Positions 14,128-27,220 of a stretch of DNA of 64,000 nucleotides are shown here, piece by piece. Within the stretch, counting starts at the first letter, position 1; each line of letters starts with the position of its first letter. This DNA comes from Octopus vulgaris (taxonomy: Eukaryota), in the NCBI GenBank assembly GCA_951406725.2, contig OX597834.1, positions 11,718,001 through 11,782,000 of the forward strand. The letters are read 5' to 3'. Below the pieces are notes generated by a model. The model searched no databases. It was not told the origin of the DNA and saw only the letters and a list, made by a program, of their open reading frames with translations. The position numbers and the translations under genes were made by a program.

Positions 14128-15378
14128 CTAGATATTAAAGCTTATAACAAAAGAAATGGATTCACTACACCGATCTGAATTGTCAATACCCCAACAAATC
14201 CAATCAGTAATGAAAATCAAGGGCTGCAGATAACTCAGGAACACGGATGTGTACCAAGTAATGCATCTGTAACTTGCATGTAACCAGGGATTCAAATACA
14301 CGCCATTACACATCGATGAGTAAATATTTCAGCAAAGGATTGTTGTCCTCCGCAAGTTATCATTCCATGATTTCAAATATGGCCACATGGATAGCATCAT
14401 GTGAAAGCAAACCTAACAGGGAAAAACCACTGAAAAAAACTGCATTGGAAACACTATTAGGAAAATTGGTTTATTGCCAAATTCTTCAATATCATAAATT
14501 TCCCCATTCTTGAATTCGGTGGCTTGGGAAACTATATGATTTAGCTAACGGTCTCCCTTAGTGCATGCAGCAACGGTTAAATCCCTGAGCGTTTATATTT
14601 TATTTGTTTTCATTAGCGTCACCATTGCTTGTTCTTAATATAGCAACCAGTTTGATGTAGGATAATGTGTATTTAAAAAATAAGAAATCGAATAAAGCCG
14701 AATAAAGGCGGGAAATTAGATTAATTCGTAATTTGATTATAAACGAATGGATAGTGATCCCATTTTAAAGTAATAAATCATATCATTTTTAATAACCATT
14801 AAATTGTCAGTTTGTCAAGTACACCATTGATTAAGCCGACATGAATATTCCTGTGAGAAGATACGCTACCCTAAACAACTTCCGACACTGTTGCAGTCGA
14901 TTTCCACAGATACTATTTTTTCTTGAATACTTGAAAGAATTATTTTATATATAAAAAAATATATATATATGAAATTCCCCTTTGACAAAACGAACCCGTA
15001 ATGCACTGTTCTCAAGTTCATCCACTTTAACACACCTTAAAGGTTGCAGCCTGATCCGGACAAGGTTGCAGCCTGATAGAACGCTATAAGTGTTTACTTC
15101 AATAATGCTTCTGAACTATATTCCAGAGAGTGGCTTCGTTTTTGAATCTCTCAGTTTGAATAGAAGACTTGTGAATTAAATGAATAAAGACAGCAAATGC
15201 CTATAGAAGCAAATCACATAGATATGCAATACGATCAACGCATAAGAATTTCTTGGTTTATATGGCAATGCATCAGAGAAAATGGACAGCACTATTTCGT
15301 AGAACGTGATTTATTTTATTAAAATAGGTCCAAACTCGCAAAGCATTTTACCGTCTTTAGTTAAATTATATAAATGAC

Positions 15379-15686
15379 GGGGTCGATTAAATAAGTACCA
15401 TTTACGCACTGGGTTCGATGTAATCGACTTCATCCATTTGTCTGTCTTTGTTTGTCCCCTCTATGTTTAGCCCCTTGTGGGTAGTAAAATTTTTTAAAAT
15501 TATATAAATGACTTAATATCTGTTTCTTTATTACCCACAAGGAGCTAAACATAGAGGGGACAAACAAGGAGAGACAAACGGATTAAGTCGATTATATCGA
15601 CCCTAGTGCGTAACTGGTACTTAATTTATCGACCCCGAAAGAATGAAAGGCAAAGTTGACCTCGGCGGAATTTGAACTCAGAACGT
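15379..15686. mobile_element. Tail-to-tail SINE B fragments (+ 15379-15490, - 15522-15686)
   Basis: The plus copy has a 16-bp TSD aaattatataaatgac at 15363-15378 and 15497-15512. Confidence 0.8.
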
Positions 15687-15689
15687 CGT

Positions 15690-15860
15690 GTAACAGTCAA
15701 TACGTGGCCGCTTCTTTCAGATTGATGTCCATTCCGGTATCTTGGGTTCTTGGTCAGCCTCTTCCTCTCTTGCCACTGACCATTCCGAGGATGATGTCCT
15801 TCTCCGGGGATTTTCTCCGCATTATGACCGAAATATCTATGCTTGGTGATCCTAGCTTCT
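15690..15860 (-). mobile_element. RTE/BovB-like LINE 3' fragment
   Basis: Minus-strand YFGH then MRRKSPEKDIILGMVSGKRGRG*PRT (frameshifted), typical of the RTE ORF C-terminus. Confidence 0.65.
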
Positions 15861-16481
15861 AGCGGTATTTATTAAACGGAAATTGAAAAGAAAGATATGT
15901 TCTGCCTTTTCCTTAACGTTAAGATAATTTTGGAAACGTCTTGAATCTTTGGAATATCTCCCTTCTGTTTTGAGGTTGGTACCATATACAATGAAGAGAT
16001 TTGTTTCATCTCTCCGAGAGCAGATACAGTTTCAGTAAATCAAGCATTTATTTCGCGTGTTTCGTAATATACGATTATGTTTTGTTCAAACACAACACAG
16101 TGATCACTCGGAATTATATCTCTTCGTTCTATACCACATATGCTCTCTAATCTTTTTATCTGTATCTCTTCTTACTAACACATGAACAATCTTTTCCTTA
16201 ACAACATGTGACTATTTGATAATTATTGATTACGTTAGGTCATTGTCTCTCTTCTCATTCAGAGATAGTATTTACTACTACTACTACTACAACCAAACTA
16301 TACGCGTTCCGTCTCTGTAATCGTAGGTCATTTCAATAAATCAGTAATCTGTTTCGTGTATTATTAATATAAATTTATTAATGATTTCTCTTCCGCTACG
16401 TAGTTGCCATCTGACACAATGACAATGAATTTTATTTCCTTTAGCACAGGTTTCATTTCATATATATACATACATACATAA

Positions 16482-16518
<37 letters not shown>

Positions 16519-17296
16519 AATATATAAATACATACATTTATAAATGTATGAACGTGTAGGTATTTAAGTGAGTATGTATATGTGTATATAATTTCGGAAT
16601 TTTCTTGAGTAGACTCCACTGTTTCAGACGTAACTCAATTTATTTATGTTTGCTAATTTCCACCAAACGGGCCTTCTAAAATGTCGACTAAGAACATTAA
16701 ATTTGTCTTAGATTTTCTAATACAAGCATTTTATTGCTAATATATTGATTTAATAATAAATATTAGATTTCATGTATTTAATTATACAACGTCTGATGCA
16801 TGATATGGAAATTATGGTCAATTCAATTTGCTGTTAGTTTGTAGCTGATGTAAATAGTGACTACTATTATGTAACATTTTAGTCAGAAGAGGCATGTGAG
16901 ATTATCCGCATTAGAGGCGGCCGCATATCGCAGCCATTGCGCTGCGACGAATGCACGGTGCCAAATGGGCCGCTTTTGGTAAGCAGAACTGGTGATGTGG
17001 GAATAATTGGCGAGCTGTGGACAACTAAATATGAAACATATCAGGATATAGTTTCGTGTAGTTGTTCATTTTATGTTTTACATTGTTTCCACCATTGAAT
17101 TTACTGTCTTGCTGGCTCTTCGCCTTAAAGTGATAAGTCGAGAAAATCTAATGCAGAACTGATTTTGAAATATGTTACTTAATCTCTGGTTCTCTTTTGA
17201 CGAACCGCATATTTACGAAGACGGGATCAAACGAATATCTGTTATCAAGCGAAGCTGGAGTACAAGCGGAAACACAAACCCTTTAACACATGCATG

Positions 17297-17340
<44 letters not shown>

Positions 17341-17368
17341 ACCACACACATACAGACACATGCATGTT

Positions 17369-17772
17369 CTTTTATTCTTTTACTTGTTTCAATTATTCGA
17401 CTGCGGCCGTGCTGGAGCACCACCTTGGAGGGTTTTAGTCGAAAAATCGACCCCAGGGCTTATCGTTTGTAAGCCTAGTACTTATTCTGTCGGTCTCTTT
17501 GGATTGGACGAAACGTTAAGTTACGGAGATGTAAACACACCAGCACCGATTGTCAAGCGGTGATGGGTAGGGAGCAGACATAGACACTAAGACATACACA
17601 CATATACACACATATGTATACACGACGGGCTTCTTTAAGTTCCGTCTACCAAATCCACTCACAAAGCTTTGGATGGCCAGACGCTATGGTAGAAGACGCT
17701 TGCCCAAGATGCCGCGCAGTGAGACTGAACCCGAAACCATGTGGTTAGGAATCAAGCTCCTTACTACACAGC
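17369..17772 (-). mobile_element. SINE family A, diverged
   Basis: Family A motifs with many substitutions. Confidence 0.75.
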
Positions 17773-18393
17773 AACGACAAATCACATCTCTAATCGGTGA
17801 TTTCACCATGTATTACCAACGATCATTTCTATTGTACCAGCATATTTATATACAGAAAAAGGTATATGACACTAGTCAAAATAGTGTTTCCGGAAATATA
17901 TGCAAACACAGTAGTATTAAGGCATTCTAAAATAGCTACTTTTCATGCGTGGTTCAGATACAAGCCATGTAAGGTTATTTGCCTATGACATGATAATCTG
18001 TTCTTACAAATTTTTAAATACTTACAGCATAATAGTTAGGACATGACTCTACATTGCATTTACTACCATTTCTAATATTTATTAAGTTTATGCATTTGTG
18101 CTGCAAGATTCATGAACAAAATAGACTAACAGAATAGACAAACACGAAGATAGAAAGTGTTGCTGAAGCGGTCACGTATGTGTAACGAAAGATTTCCGGA
18201 CAATGGACATGAGTTAATATAAAACCAGTTACAAACGAGTGAAGGAACGAATGTATAGTGCGTGTGTTTATTCCTTCGCGCAACATCCCGAAATACGAAA
18301 ATATTTCTTAAGTCTGTAACCGAAACCCGAACCAGCCAGTGTTGTTGACATAGGTCTAATCATATCAGGTAGTCTAGCCTGTGTGTGTGCATG

Positions 18394-18448
<55 letters not shown>

Positions 18449-18570
18449 TAGAGATAAAACCACTATTAGGCAAATCAAACATAAAATTTAATATATATAT
18501 TTATACTGTAAAATTAGATTTAATCCTATATCTAATTTTTCCCTGTAAGTTTGGATTTACTCCCTAATAT

Positions 18571-18645
<75 letters not shown>

Positions 18646-18671
18646 TTATGTGTGTGTCTTCGTGTGACTGT

Positions 18672-18912
18672 AATGTTGCTTCTCGAGCCATGCCAGGCTC
18701 ATAAGGGCCGGTTTCGGTGTCGTAGAAATTCCCCACCTGGACGGGACGCCGGTCCATCGCAGCGTTACTCATTTTTGCCAGCTGAGTGGACTGGAGCAAC
18801 ATGATAAAGTGTTTTACTCAAGAGCACAACGCATCGCCCGGTCCAGTAATCGAGACCACAACCATACGATCATGAGTCCAACACCCTAACCACTAAGCCA
18901 CGCGCCTCCACG
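18672..18912 (-). mobile_element. SINE with family C-type tRNA head and V-domain-like body
   Basis: GTGGAGGCGCGTGGCTTAGTGGTTAGGG head followed by GCGATGGACCGGCGTCCCGTCCAGG, which resembles the V-SINE domain. Confidence 0.7.
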
Positions 18913-19403
18913 TGAGGCCGTAATACGCAAGCACAACTTATTCTTGCAGAGATATTTTTCAAAATACGACCGAAAATCTGGGATAATTTAAGCAAGACAG
19001 AACCACGAACACAAACAAAATACACATTTCTCGTAAGCATAGCTGATAAATATATAATATAACTCGCATGTTAGTCCAATACTTCGCCTTATATGTGTAG
19101 ACACATATAACAAACGTGGAACTACTCAGAGAGAGGAAAGTGTTTATCAATTTAAATGAAGCTATTAGCGAGATTTAATGACGATGCATGAAAAAAAATT
19201 ATATTTTAAATGTAAAGTTGAAAGCAATTCACAAACCACTTAGCATGCCTTCATTTAATAGACAAAAATGTATATATATATTTTATATAATATTTATACA
19301 ATATATTATAGATATACATAGGTATGTATATGTATGTATATAAGTATGTGTGTATGTATGAGTCTCCCTCTCTCTCTCTATTATATATATATTTATGTAT
19401 GTA

Positions 19404-19558
19404 TGGCTATGTGGTAAGTAGCTCGCTTACGAACCATATCGTTCCGGGTTTAGTTCCAATGCGTGGCAACTTGGGCAAGTGTCTTCTACTATAGCCTTGG
19501 GCCGACCAATGCCTTGTGAGTGGATTTCGTAGACGGAAACTGAAAGAAGCCTGTCGTA

Positions 19559-19611
<53 letters not shown>

Positions 19612-19838
19612 TTGTGTGTGTATATGCTTGTGTGTCTGTGTTTGTCCCCCCTAGCATTGCTTGACAACCGATGCTGGTGTGTTTACCTCCTCGTAACCTA
19701 GCGGTTCGACAAAAGAGACCGATAGAATAAGTACTAGGCTGACAAAGAATAAGTGCCGGGGTCGATTTGCTCAACTTAAAGGTGATGCTCCAGCATGGCC
19801 ACAGTCAAATGAGTGAAACAAGTAAAAGAGTAAAAGAC
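19404..19838 (+). mobile_element. SINE family A
   Basis: Match to family A. Confidence 0.85.
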
Positions 19839-19930
19839 TATGTAGTTTATTTACATATTGATACCAGTGTTCTGTCGATCTGCTCAAGCGGGGATTCTGT
19901 AGTTCTAATCATGATAAAGTTTATATATAA

Positions 19931-20436
19931 CTAGCAGTATCGCCCGGCGTTGCTCGGATTTGTAAGGGAAATAACTATATAAGCATTTTTAGAGAGTTAC
20001 TTCCCTTATAAATTCGGGCTTTCTTAGCCATTTTTGTTTTGGTGTCTTCGAGCCATGAAGTCGTTGTTCTAAAAGAACGCTGGTTTCCTTCACAACGCAT
20101 TACGACGTTGATTTCTTTACACTCCCTTCCCCACAGCTTCACGAGGGAGGGAAGGGGGAGAAACAAACAGGTGCAGCTGTGAGCGTGGACGCCAACTCCG
20201 CCGCCATCGACACACGATACATTTTATGCATTAAAATGGAATAAAAAATGATGTTAAATTATTTTAAAAATCGTAGACTCATCGTTGACGCGCGCTAATA
20301 GTCAGACGGGCTCGATATGAATCACGACTATAAGATACCCGAATTTGGTTAAACTGCACCGCAAAATGTGGGAGGAGTTAGGAATCTAAATCGAAGGGGA
20401 CAGACACTCACACAACTAGAGTTTTATATATATAGA
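19931..20436 (-). mobile_element. Non-autonomous Helitron
   Basis: Minus strand a|TCTATATATATAAAA...CCGAGCAACGCCGGGCG (hairpin) ATACTG CTAG|t. This gives 5'-TC, a subterminal hairpin, CTAG-3' and an A^T target with no TSD. Confidence 0.8.
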
Positions 20437-20548
20437 TATGCTTGGATGTCTTACAGCTCTGAGATATAGAAACTAAGAGATTTAATATTCATATCTTAAT
20501 ATATTTTAACACATCATAACATTTAAGACATATACACATCTTTTATCT

Positions 20549-20759
20549 AGTACTTGTTTGAGTTGCTGGAGTGCAGCCATGCTGGAGCACCGCCTAGATT
20601 TTTTTTAGTCGAATGAATCGAGCACAGTACTTATTTTAACGCCTGGTACTTATTCTATCGGACGCTTAACCGAGCCGCTAAGTTACGTGAACGCAAACAT
20701 TCCAACACCGGTTTTAAGGCGGTTACGGGGAGACAAACATACACAAACACACACACAGA

Positions 20760-20820
<61 letters not shown>

Positions 20821-20983
20821 CGACGGGCTTCTTTCAGTTTCCGTCTACCAAATCCACTCACAAGTCTTTGGTCGGCTCGAGGCTATGCCAGAAGACACTT
20901 GCCCAAGTTGCAACGCAATGGGCCTCAACTCTGAACCACGTGGTTGGGATACACATTTTTACCACACAGCCACTCCTGCGCCT
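20549..20983 (-). mobile_element. SINE family A, diverged
   Basis: Match to family A. Confidence 0.8.
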
Positions 20984-21699
20984 ATCTTAATATATTTTAC
21001 CATTTAAGACTTATTACAATCATATTTGGATATATTTTACTATCTAGCAATTATATATTCCTATTTCAATACAAGTTGCTATTTAAAACTTATCTATTCA
21101 TATCTTCATTCATATCTTCATATTTTTACTATTGACGACATATATTAATATCTTAATATATTTTACAATTTAAAACGTATATATTCATATCTTAATATAT
21201 TGTACTGTTTACGCTCTCCAATATTTGTGTCTGTAGTATATTGTTACGCTGGACTAAATATTCCATCGTAAAGAGAATCTATGATATTTCTTTCCGATGA
21301 TATCAAATGAAAGTCAATAAAATCGCAAGCGACTGCCTTGTGGACATTTCTTATCATGATATACATAAATAATATCGTATTTCCCATCAGATACACTAAA
21401 ATATAAGAAGGCCTATATAGATACATGATTATAACTATGCATCGTACTTAATATAAACAGAAAGTTAGTAACTACAGTATTTGCCAAATACAAAAGCAGA
21501 CGGAAATCGTACAAGACCGACGCTGGTGCATTGCTAGATGTGCATTTTACTAAATAAAGCATCGTCAGCAACTAGTTTCTATTGCAAAGTAAATGCAAAG
21601 ACCATGATACATCGTTAATGATATAGAGAATAATTTAAGTGATAAAACCAATGGCTGGATGATGTTAAGCTATGCGCAACGAAAGCAGTATTAGTTTCA

Positions 21700-21772
<73 letters not shown>

Positions 21773-21774
<2 letters not shown>

Positions 21775-21946
21775 GATCGTTAGCCACTACACACATTTTT
21801 TTCTCTCCTTCTTTTTTCTGTGTACCTTTCTGAAGAAGAGCGTAGGCTCGAAACATAAAATACATTTTCTATTCCTGAGCGCTAAACTAATACATCTGTT
21901 TGCTTTGTACACCACCTGTCTTCGTCTTTTTTGTTTCGTAAACGTT

Positions 21947-21950
<4 letters not shown>
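21773..21950 (+). mobile_element. Family E short repeat with hammerhead-like motif (Penelope pLTR/retrozyme-like)
   Basis: CTGAAGA A GAGC-gtag-GCTC GAAA C ATA, flanked by (TA)n on both sides. Confidence 0.65.
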
Positions 21951-21995
<45 letters not shown>

Positions 21996-22004
21996 GTGCT
22001 TTCT

Positions 22005-22220
22005 CGTCATGATAGATCGTTATCCACAACACACATTTTTTTCTTTCCTTGTTTCTCTCCTTTTTCTCTCCTTGATTTTTCTGTGTCCCTTTCTGTAGAA
22101 GAGCGTAGGCTCGCAACATAAAAGACATTTTCTATTCCTGAGCGCTATATTAATACATCTGTTTGTTTTGTACACCACCTGTCTTCGTCTTTTTTTTTTT
22201 TTTTCGTAAACTTTCCCTAT
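22005..22220 (+). mobile_element. Family E short repeat, tandem partner of 21773
   Basis: Same sequence, with the core mutated to CTGTAGA and GCAA. Confidence 0.65.
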
Positions 22221-22266
22221 ATACATATATATGTTTATATTACCAAACGTATGGGAATTCACTTAC

Positions 22267-22428
22267 CTTTCTTAGATGCTAAAAAGCCGTCGTGTGGAGG
22301 TACACGCTGGATGTCATATATGACCTTTGTCTTTTCCAAAATCGTGCGGTCATGATTTAATCTGTAAAGAGCATATTTGAATGTATTCTCTACGCTGGGG
22401 TCTTCATCGTTCTCACCAAACAGCCCAC
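22267..22428 (-). CDS. GRIK2-like: Internal coding exon of an ionotropic glutamate receptor, kainate-type (start of the LIVBP-like amino-terminal domain)
   Basis: Minus strand reads gtgtatttctag|GT GGG CTG TTT...TCT AAG AAA G|gtaagt, with canonical acceptor and donor, 162 nt, phase 1-1. Translation GGLFGENDEDPSVENTFKYALYRLNHDRTILEKTKVIYDIQRVPPHDGFLASKK resembles the kainate receptor segment GGIF...[39 protein letters not shown]. No neighbouring exons were found in the window. Confidence 0.9.
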
Positions 22429-22626
22429 CTAGAAATACACAAGAGAAACGAAAAATGAAGTTAAACATTTCAAAAGATATATAAGCAAGAATTATGTAAA
22501 TATAAATTTATGAACGTATATATGTACGTATGTATGTATACATGCATATATATAAATATATATGTATATGTATAATTATATACGTTTTATATATAATTAT
22601 ATAATAGTACATAAATATACATATAT

Positions 22627-22765
22627 AGGCGTAGAAGTGGCTGTTCAGTCTCACTGCGAGGCAACTTGGGCAAGTGTCTTCTGCTATAACCTCGGGCCGA
22701 CCAAAGTCTTGTGAGTGGATTTGGTAGACGGAAACTGAAAGAAGTCCGTAGTATATACATATGTG

Positions 22766-22798
<33 letters not shown>

Positions 22799-23010
22799 AT
22801 GCTTGTGTGTATGTGTTTGTACCCCCAACATAGCTTGACAGCATATGCTGGTGTGTTTACGCCCCCATAACTTAGCGGTTCAGGAAAAGAGACCGATAGA
22901 ATAAGTACTAGGTTTACTAAGAATAAGTCCTGGGGTCGATTTTCTCGACTAAAGGCAGTGATCCAGCATGGCCACAGTCAAATGACAGAAACAAGTAAAA
23001 GAGTAAAGAG

Positions 23011-23012
<2 letters not shown>
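22627..23012 (+). mobile_element. SINE family A with a deletion in the head
   Basis: Match to family A, about 200 bp from the exon acceptor. Confidence 0.85.
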
Positions 23013-23068
<56 letters not shown>

Positions 23069-23985
23069 TGCATGCATACATACAAACATGTATGTATGTT
23101 TGTATGTATACACACATAAATGTTATAGCTGCGTAAATGGGTGAAACATACTTTGCTACATTTATGAATTTTCCTTCTATATATTTGTGGATTCTAGTAG
23201 ACTTTTCCACTGTAACGAAGCTAACACTAGAAATTGTTCAACGATGGAATATCGACTGGAAATTTTGAAAACCATCATTTCCAATAAAGTAGGATATTTA
23301 GGCATATCAGAGTTTCGTGGGAAAACTGTGATGGTTGAGAGGATTGCTGCTTATTGATGTGTATACTAGCTTCAAAAAAAAGCCTCTGGAAGTTACTTTG
23401 CATACGATTAACATTGGAAAGTCAGTATTCTGCGACCACAGCCATTGGCTCCGTAACATGATGAGAAGAAAGAGTCCCTCTGACTCACTCACTCATTCGA
23501 ATTTATTGATCCATTCAACATCATAAGCATCACCAGCATCCTCATCGTCAACATCACATATATTATTATGATTATTATTATTATTGTTGTTGCAGTTGTT
23601 ATAATGAATATGATAATAATAATAATAATAATAGTAATAATAATAATAATAATAATGTAATCCTAATAATTCTTTATCTTTTTATTTTTATTTTTCTTCA
23701 TCATCATCTTATTATTATTATTATCACTATTGTTGTTGTTATAGTTATTTATACATTTTTGTTATCCTCTTAAAATGTTATTTCTATTTTTATTAATAAT
23801 ATTAATAGTGTTTTCCAGCAACTACTAATACTATTAATAATAGTAGTTGTAATATTATCATTGCCCTCATTATTATTATTATTTTCTTCGTCATCATTAT
23901 ATTTATGTTTATCTACATATCCAATATCTATACATACATACCTATATACATATATATAGGAGTGCATGAGTATACGTACATATGT

Positions 23986-24024
<39 letters not shown>

Positions 24025-24169
24025 TATATATGACAGAAGAGATGCCGTGCTTAGTAAAAATAAAAACAAATATTATTAATTTCTGAGAATGCGCAGTATA
24101 CCTGAATGCAGATCCTGCATCCGAAGTCGGTGACTCCATATTTAACCAGAAAGTCACATTCCCGCACAC

Positions 24170-24266
24170 TAAACACACACACACATATATATATGTAAAA
24201 GATTATATACATTTATATATATACACACACACACATATATATATATGAATATATACATTTATATAT

Positions 24267-24301
<35 letters not shown>

Positions 24302-24400
24302 AATATATACATATATACACACACACACATATATATGAATATATACATTTATATATATATATAAACACACACACATATATATATATGAATATATACATAT

Positions 24401-24434
<34 letters not shown>

Positions 24435-24606
24435 GAATATATATATTTATACACACACACATATATATATATATGTGAATATATATATTTATACACACAC
24501 ACATATATACATGAATATATATATTCATACACACACATATATATATGAATATATATATTCATACACACACACACCTATATATATATATATGAATATATAT
24601 ATTTAT

Positions 24607-24655
<49 letters not shown>

Positions 24656-24790
24656 CACACACACGCACATATGAATATATATTTATATACACACACACAC
24701 ACATATATATATACACACACACACACACATATATATATACACACACACACACATATATATATATGAATATATACATTTAAATATATATGC
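24170..24790. repeat. Compound (TA)n(CA)n minisatellite
   Basis: Repeated gaatatata...tttata(ca)n(ta)n units. Confidence 0.9.
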
Positions 24791-25236
24791 GAATTATTAA
24801 ACAAACACTAGAAATGCGGTTATATAGACTCATGTATGAATGCATATGTAAGTGAGCCTATGCGTAATGCATTTGTATATTCACCATGTTATGCGAAATA
24901 TATTTCAGGCATTAGGCACTTCCAGGAATCTATGGTTCTTCTGGTATGTGAACCAGTGTTTGTGAAATTGATTTTTCGCTTGGTCCTATAGCTATGTATT
25001 TGTGTCACAGATATTAGTACGTGTTCATTATCTCTCCTATCTGTTTCCTGCGCTCCATATATATATGTGTGTTTGTGTGTTGTGACTCCACACCACTCAA
25101 TGAACGCAACTGAAACCCTTCCCGCCCATACAGGAGATCTGGCTCTTACAAATGATAGAACACTTTGTCTTTAACTCCAATAAAAATCTCCCAGGTTCTC
25201 TTACGTTTAAGGATTTTTACAACACACACAAACAGA

Positions 25237-25462
25237 TTATGATTTTTTCTGATATCCAAGTTATCATCCTAGAGGTCCTTCTGATGTTTACCGCGTTTGA
25301 ATCTTTCTCAAGACACTAAATCGGCTCAAATCTGTCGATAATATTAATTTCTACAAATGATAATATACCTATATTGATAGCTATAAAAGGAGTTCCTGTT
25401 TCTGTGACTTATTAATAGATTCATAGAACACTGTACATACGTCCTGAGAGAGAGAGAGAGAT

Positions 25463-25545
<83 letters not shown>

Positions 25546-25858
25546 TGTGTGTGTGTGTGTATATATATATGTGTGTGTGTGTGTATATATATATGTGTGT
25601 GTGTGTGTATATATATATATGTGTGTGTGTGTATATATATGTGTGTGTGTGTGTATATATATATGTGTGTGTGTGTATATACATATGTGTGTGTGTGTGT
25701 GTATATATATATGTGTGTGTGTGTGTATATATATATATATGAGTGTGTGTATATATATGTGTGTGTGTAGGTAGGTAAGTATTTATGTCTTTGCGTACAC
25801 GTATGCCGAGAAAGGTATATATTTTTATGCACATCTATGTACGTATCTTGCTATAAGC
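25237..25858 (+). repeat. Source copy of a local duplication (second copy at 28846-29230)
   Basis: attatgat...ctgatatcca...aatcggctcaaatctgtcgataatattaattt...gcacatctatgtacgtatct is shared. The internal microsatellite differs in length. Confidence 0.85.
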
Positions 25859-25861
25859 ACA

Positions 25862-25904
<43 letters not shown>

Positions 25905-26599
25905 CATACGGATATAAGTTGATACATACATAGATACGCCCATACGGTATATCTTATATGAAAATAATAGTTAGACAATGAACGAAGAACGTGATATTAA
26001 CTTTTATACTCTTGTCTAGACAGGTTTTGTTTCGAATACAAAATCTTATAATGGTCTGTAAAGTGCAATTGTTATTTCTTTTAAAAGATAATTCAACGGG
26101 ACAAATGAAAACAATATCGACAACATTAGCGATGCATTCTTGTTTTTTAATTTTGATTCTCTTCTTATATTTTCAGTTAAATTTCCTAACAATGGTGCTG
26201 TATTGTATCTACTCTTTCATGATTGTAGATATTACTCTATCTCCGATAGCTTCGATTCTACTTCTATACGTTGTGTGATACCACATATTTTCGTATCAAC
26301 TGAGAATTAAATTTTATCAGATAAGAATTCATAGTCGAAATGGTTTTGAACGCTTTCTTTAAATTTTTCTGAAAAATATCTGTTCAATAAATTTTCCTAT
26401 AACGGAAAATGTAGTTCAATGAATGACAAAAATCTATAAATAACAGTAACCAGTAAACGCTAATGTTAATATAGTAGTCTTGTGTTAGAGTGTCATCTAT
26501 AATCAAAGGAGGGACTGTGCGCGTGGCGGGAAGCTGATACAATTTTGCATATGAAGATGTGGACCAGTTATGTTTTAGTCTTGATATACTGAAAAGAGT

Positions 26600-26634
<35 letters not shown>

Positions 26635-26637
<3 letters not shown>

Positions 26638-26821
26638 GCCATGATAGATCGTTATCCACTACACACATTTTTCTCTCTCCTTGTTTTTTCTGTGTACTTT
26701 TCTGTAGAAGAGCGTAGGCTCGAAACGTAAAAGACTTGTTCAATTCCTGAGCGTTATACTAATACATCTGTTTGTTTGGTACACCACCTGTCTTCGTCTT
26801 TTATTCTTTTTCGTAAACTTT

Positions 26822-26826
<5 letters not shown>
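26635..26826 (+). mobile_element. Family E short repeat with hammerhead-like motif
   Basis: CTGTAGA A GAGC-gtag-GCTC GAAA C GTA AAAG, flanked by (TA)n. Confidence 0.65.
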
Positions 26827-26865
<39 letters not shown>

Positions 26866-26872
<7 letters not shown>

Positions 26873-27134
26873 ATTAGGGTATCTACGACATACCACCATG
26901 CTGAAAATAGCAGGTATGATATGACTGTAAACCAACTTAATTGTCCATATCGTAAACACGGAGAGAAAAGAAAGAGACAAGATGAAGCTAGTAAAAAATT
27001 ACTGGATAAAGCTTCATCTTGTCTCTTTGTTTTCTCTCCGTGTTTACGATATGGACAATTAAGGTGGTTTTAGAGTCAAATCATGGCTGCTATCTTCAGC
27101 ATGGTGGTATCTTGTAGATACCCTAATTTATAAT
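26866..27134. repeat. Long inverted repeat (arms of about 124 bp, 20-nt spacer)
   Basis: 26866-26989 is the reverse complement of 27010-27134, with about 10 differences counted by eye. Confidence 0.9.
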
Positions 27135-27220
27135 TTTAATAATTATTACCTTTGAAGATTATTTTTTCCCTGCTGGCCACTTGATAAAATTGTTATTTTA
27201 ATTTATATTAACGATCTTAT

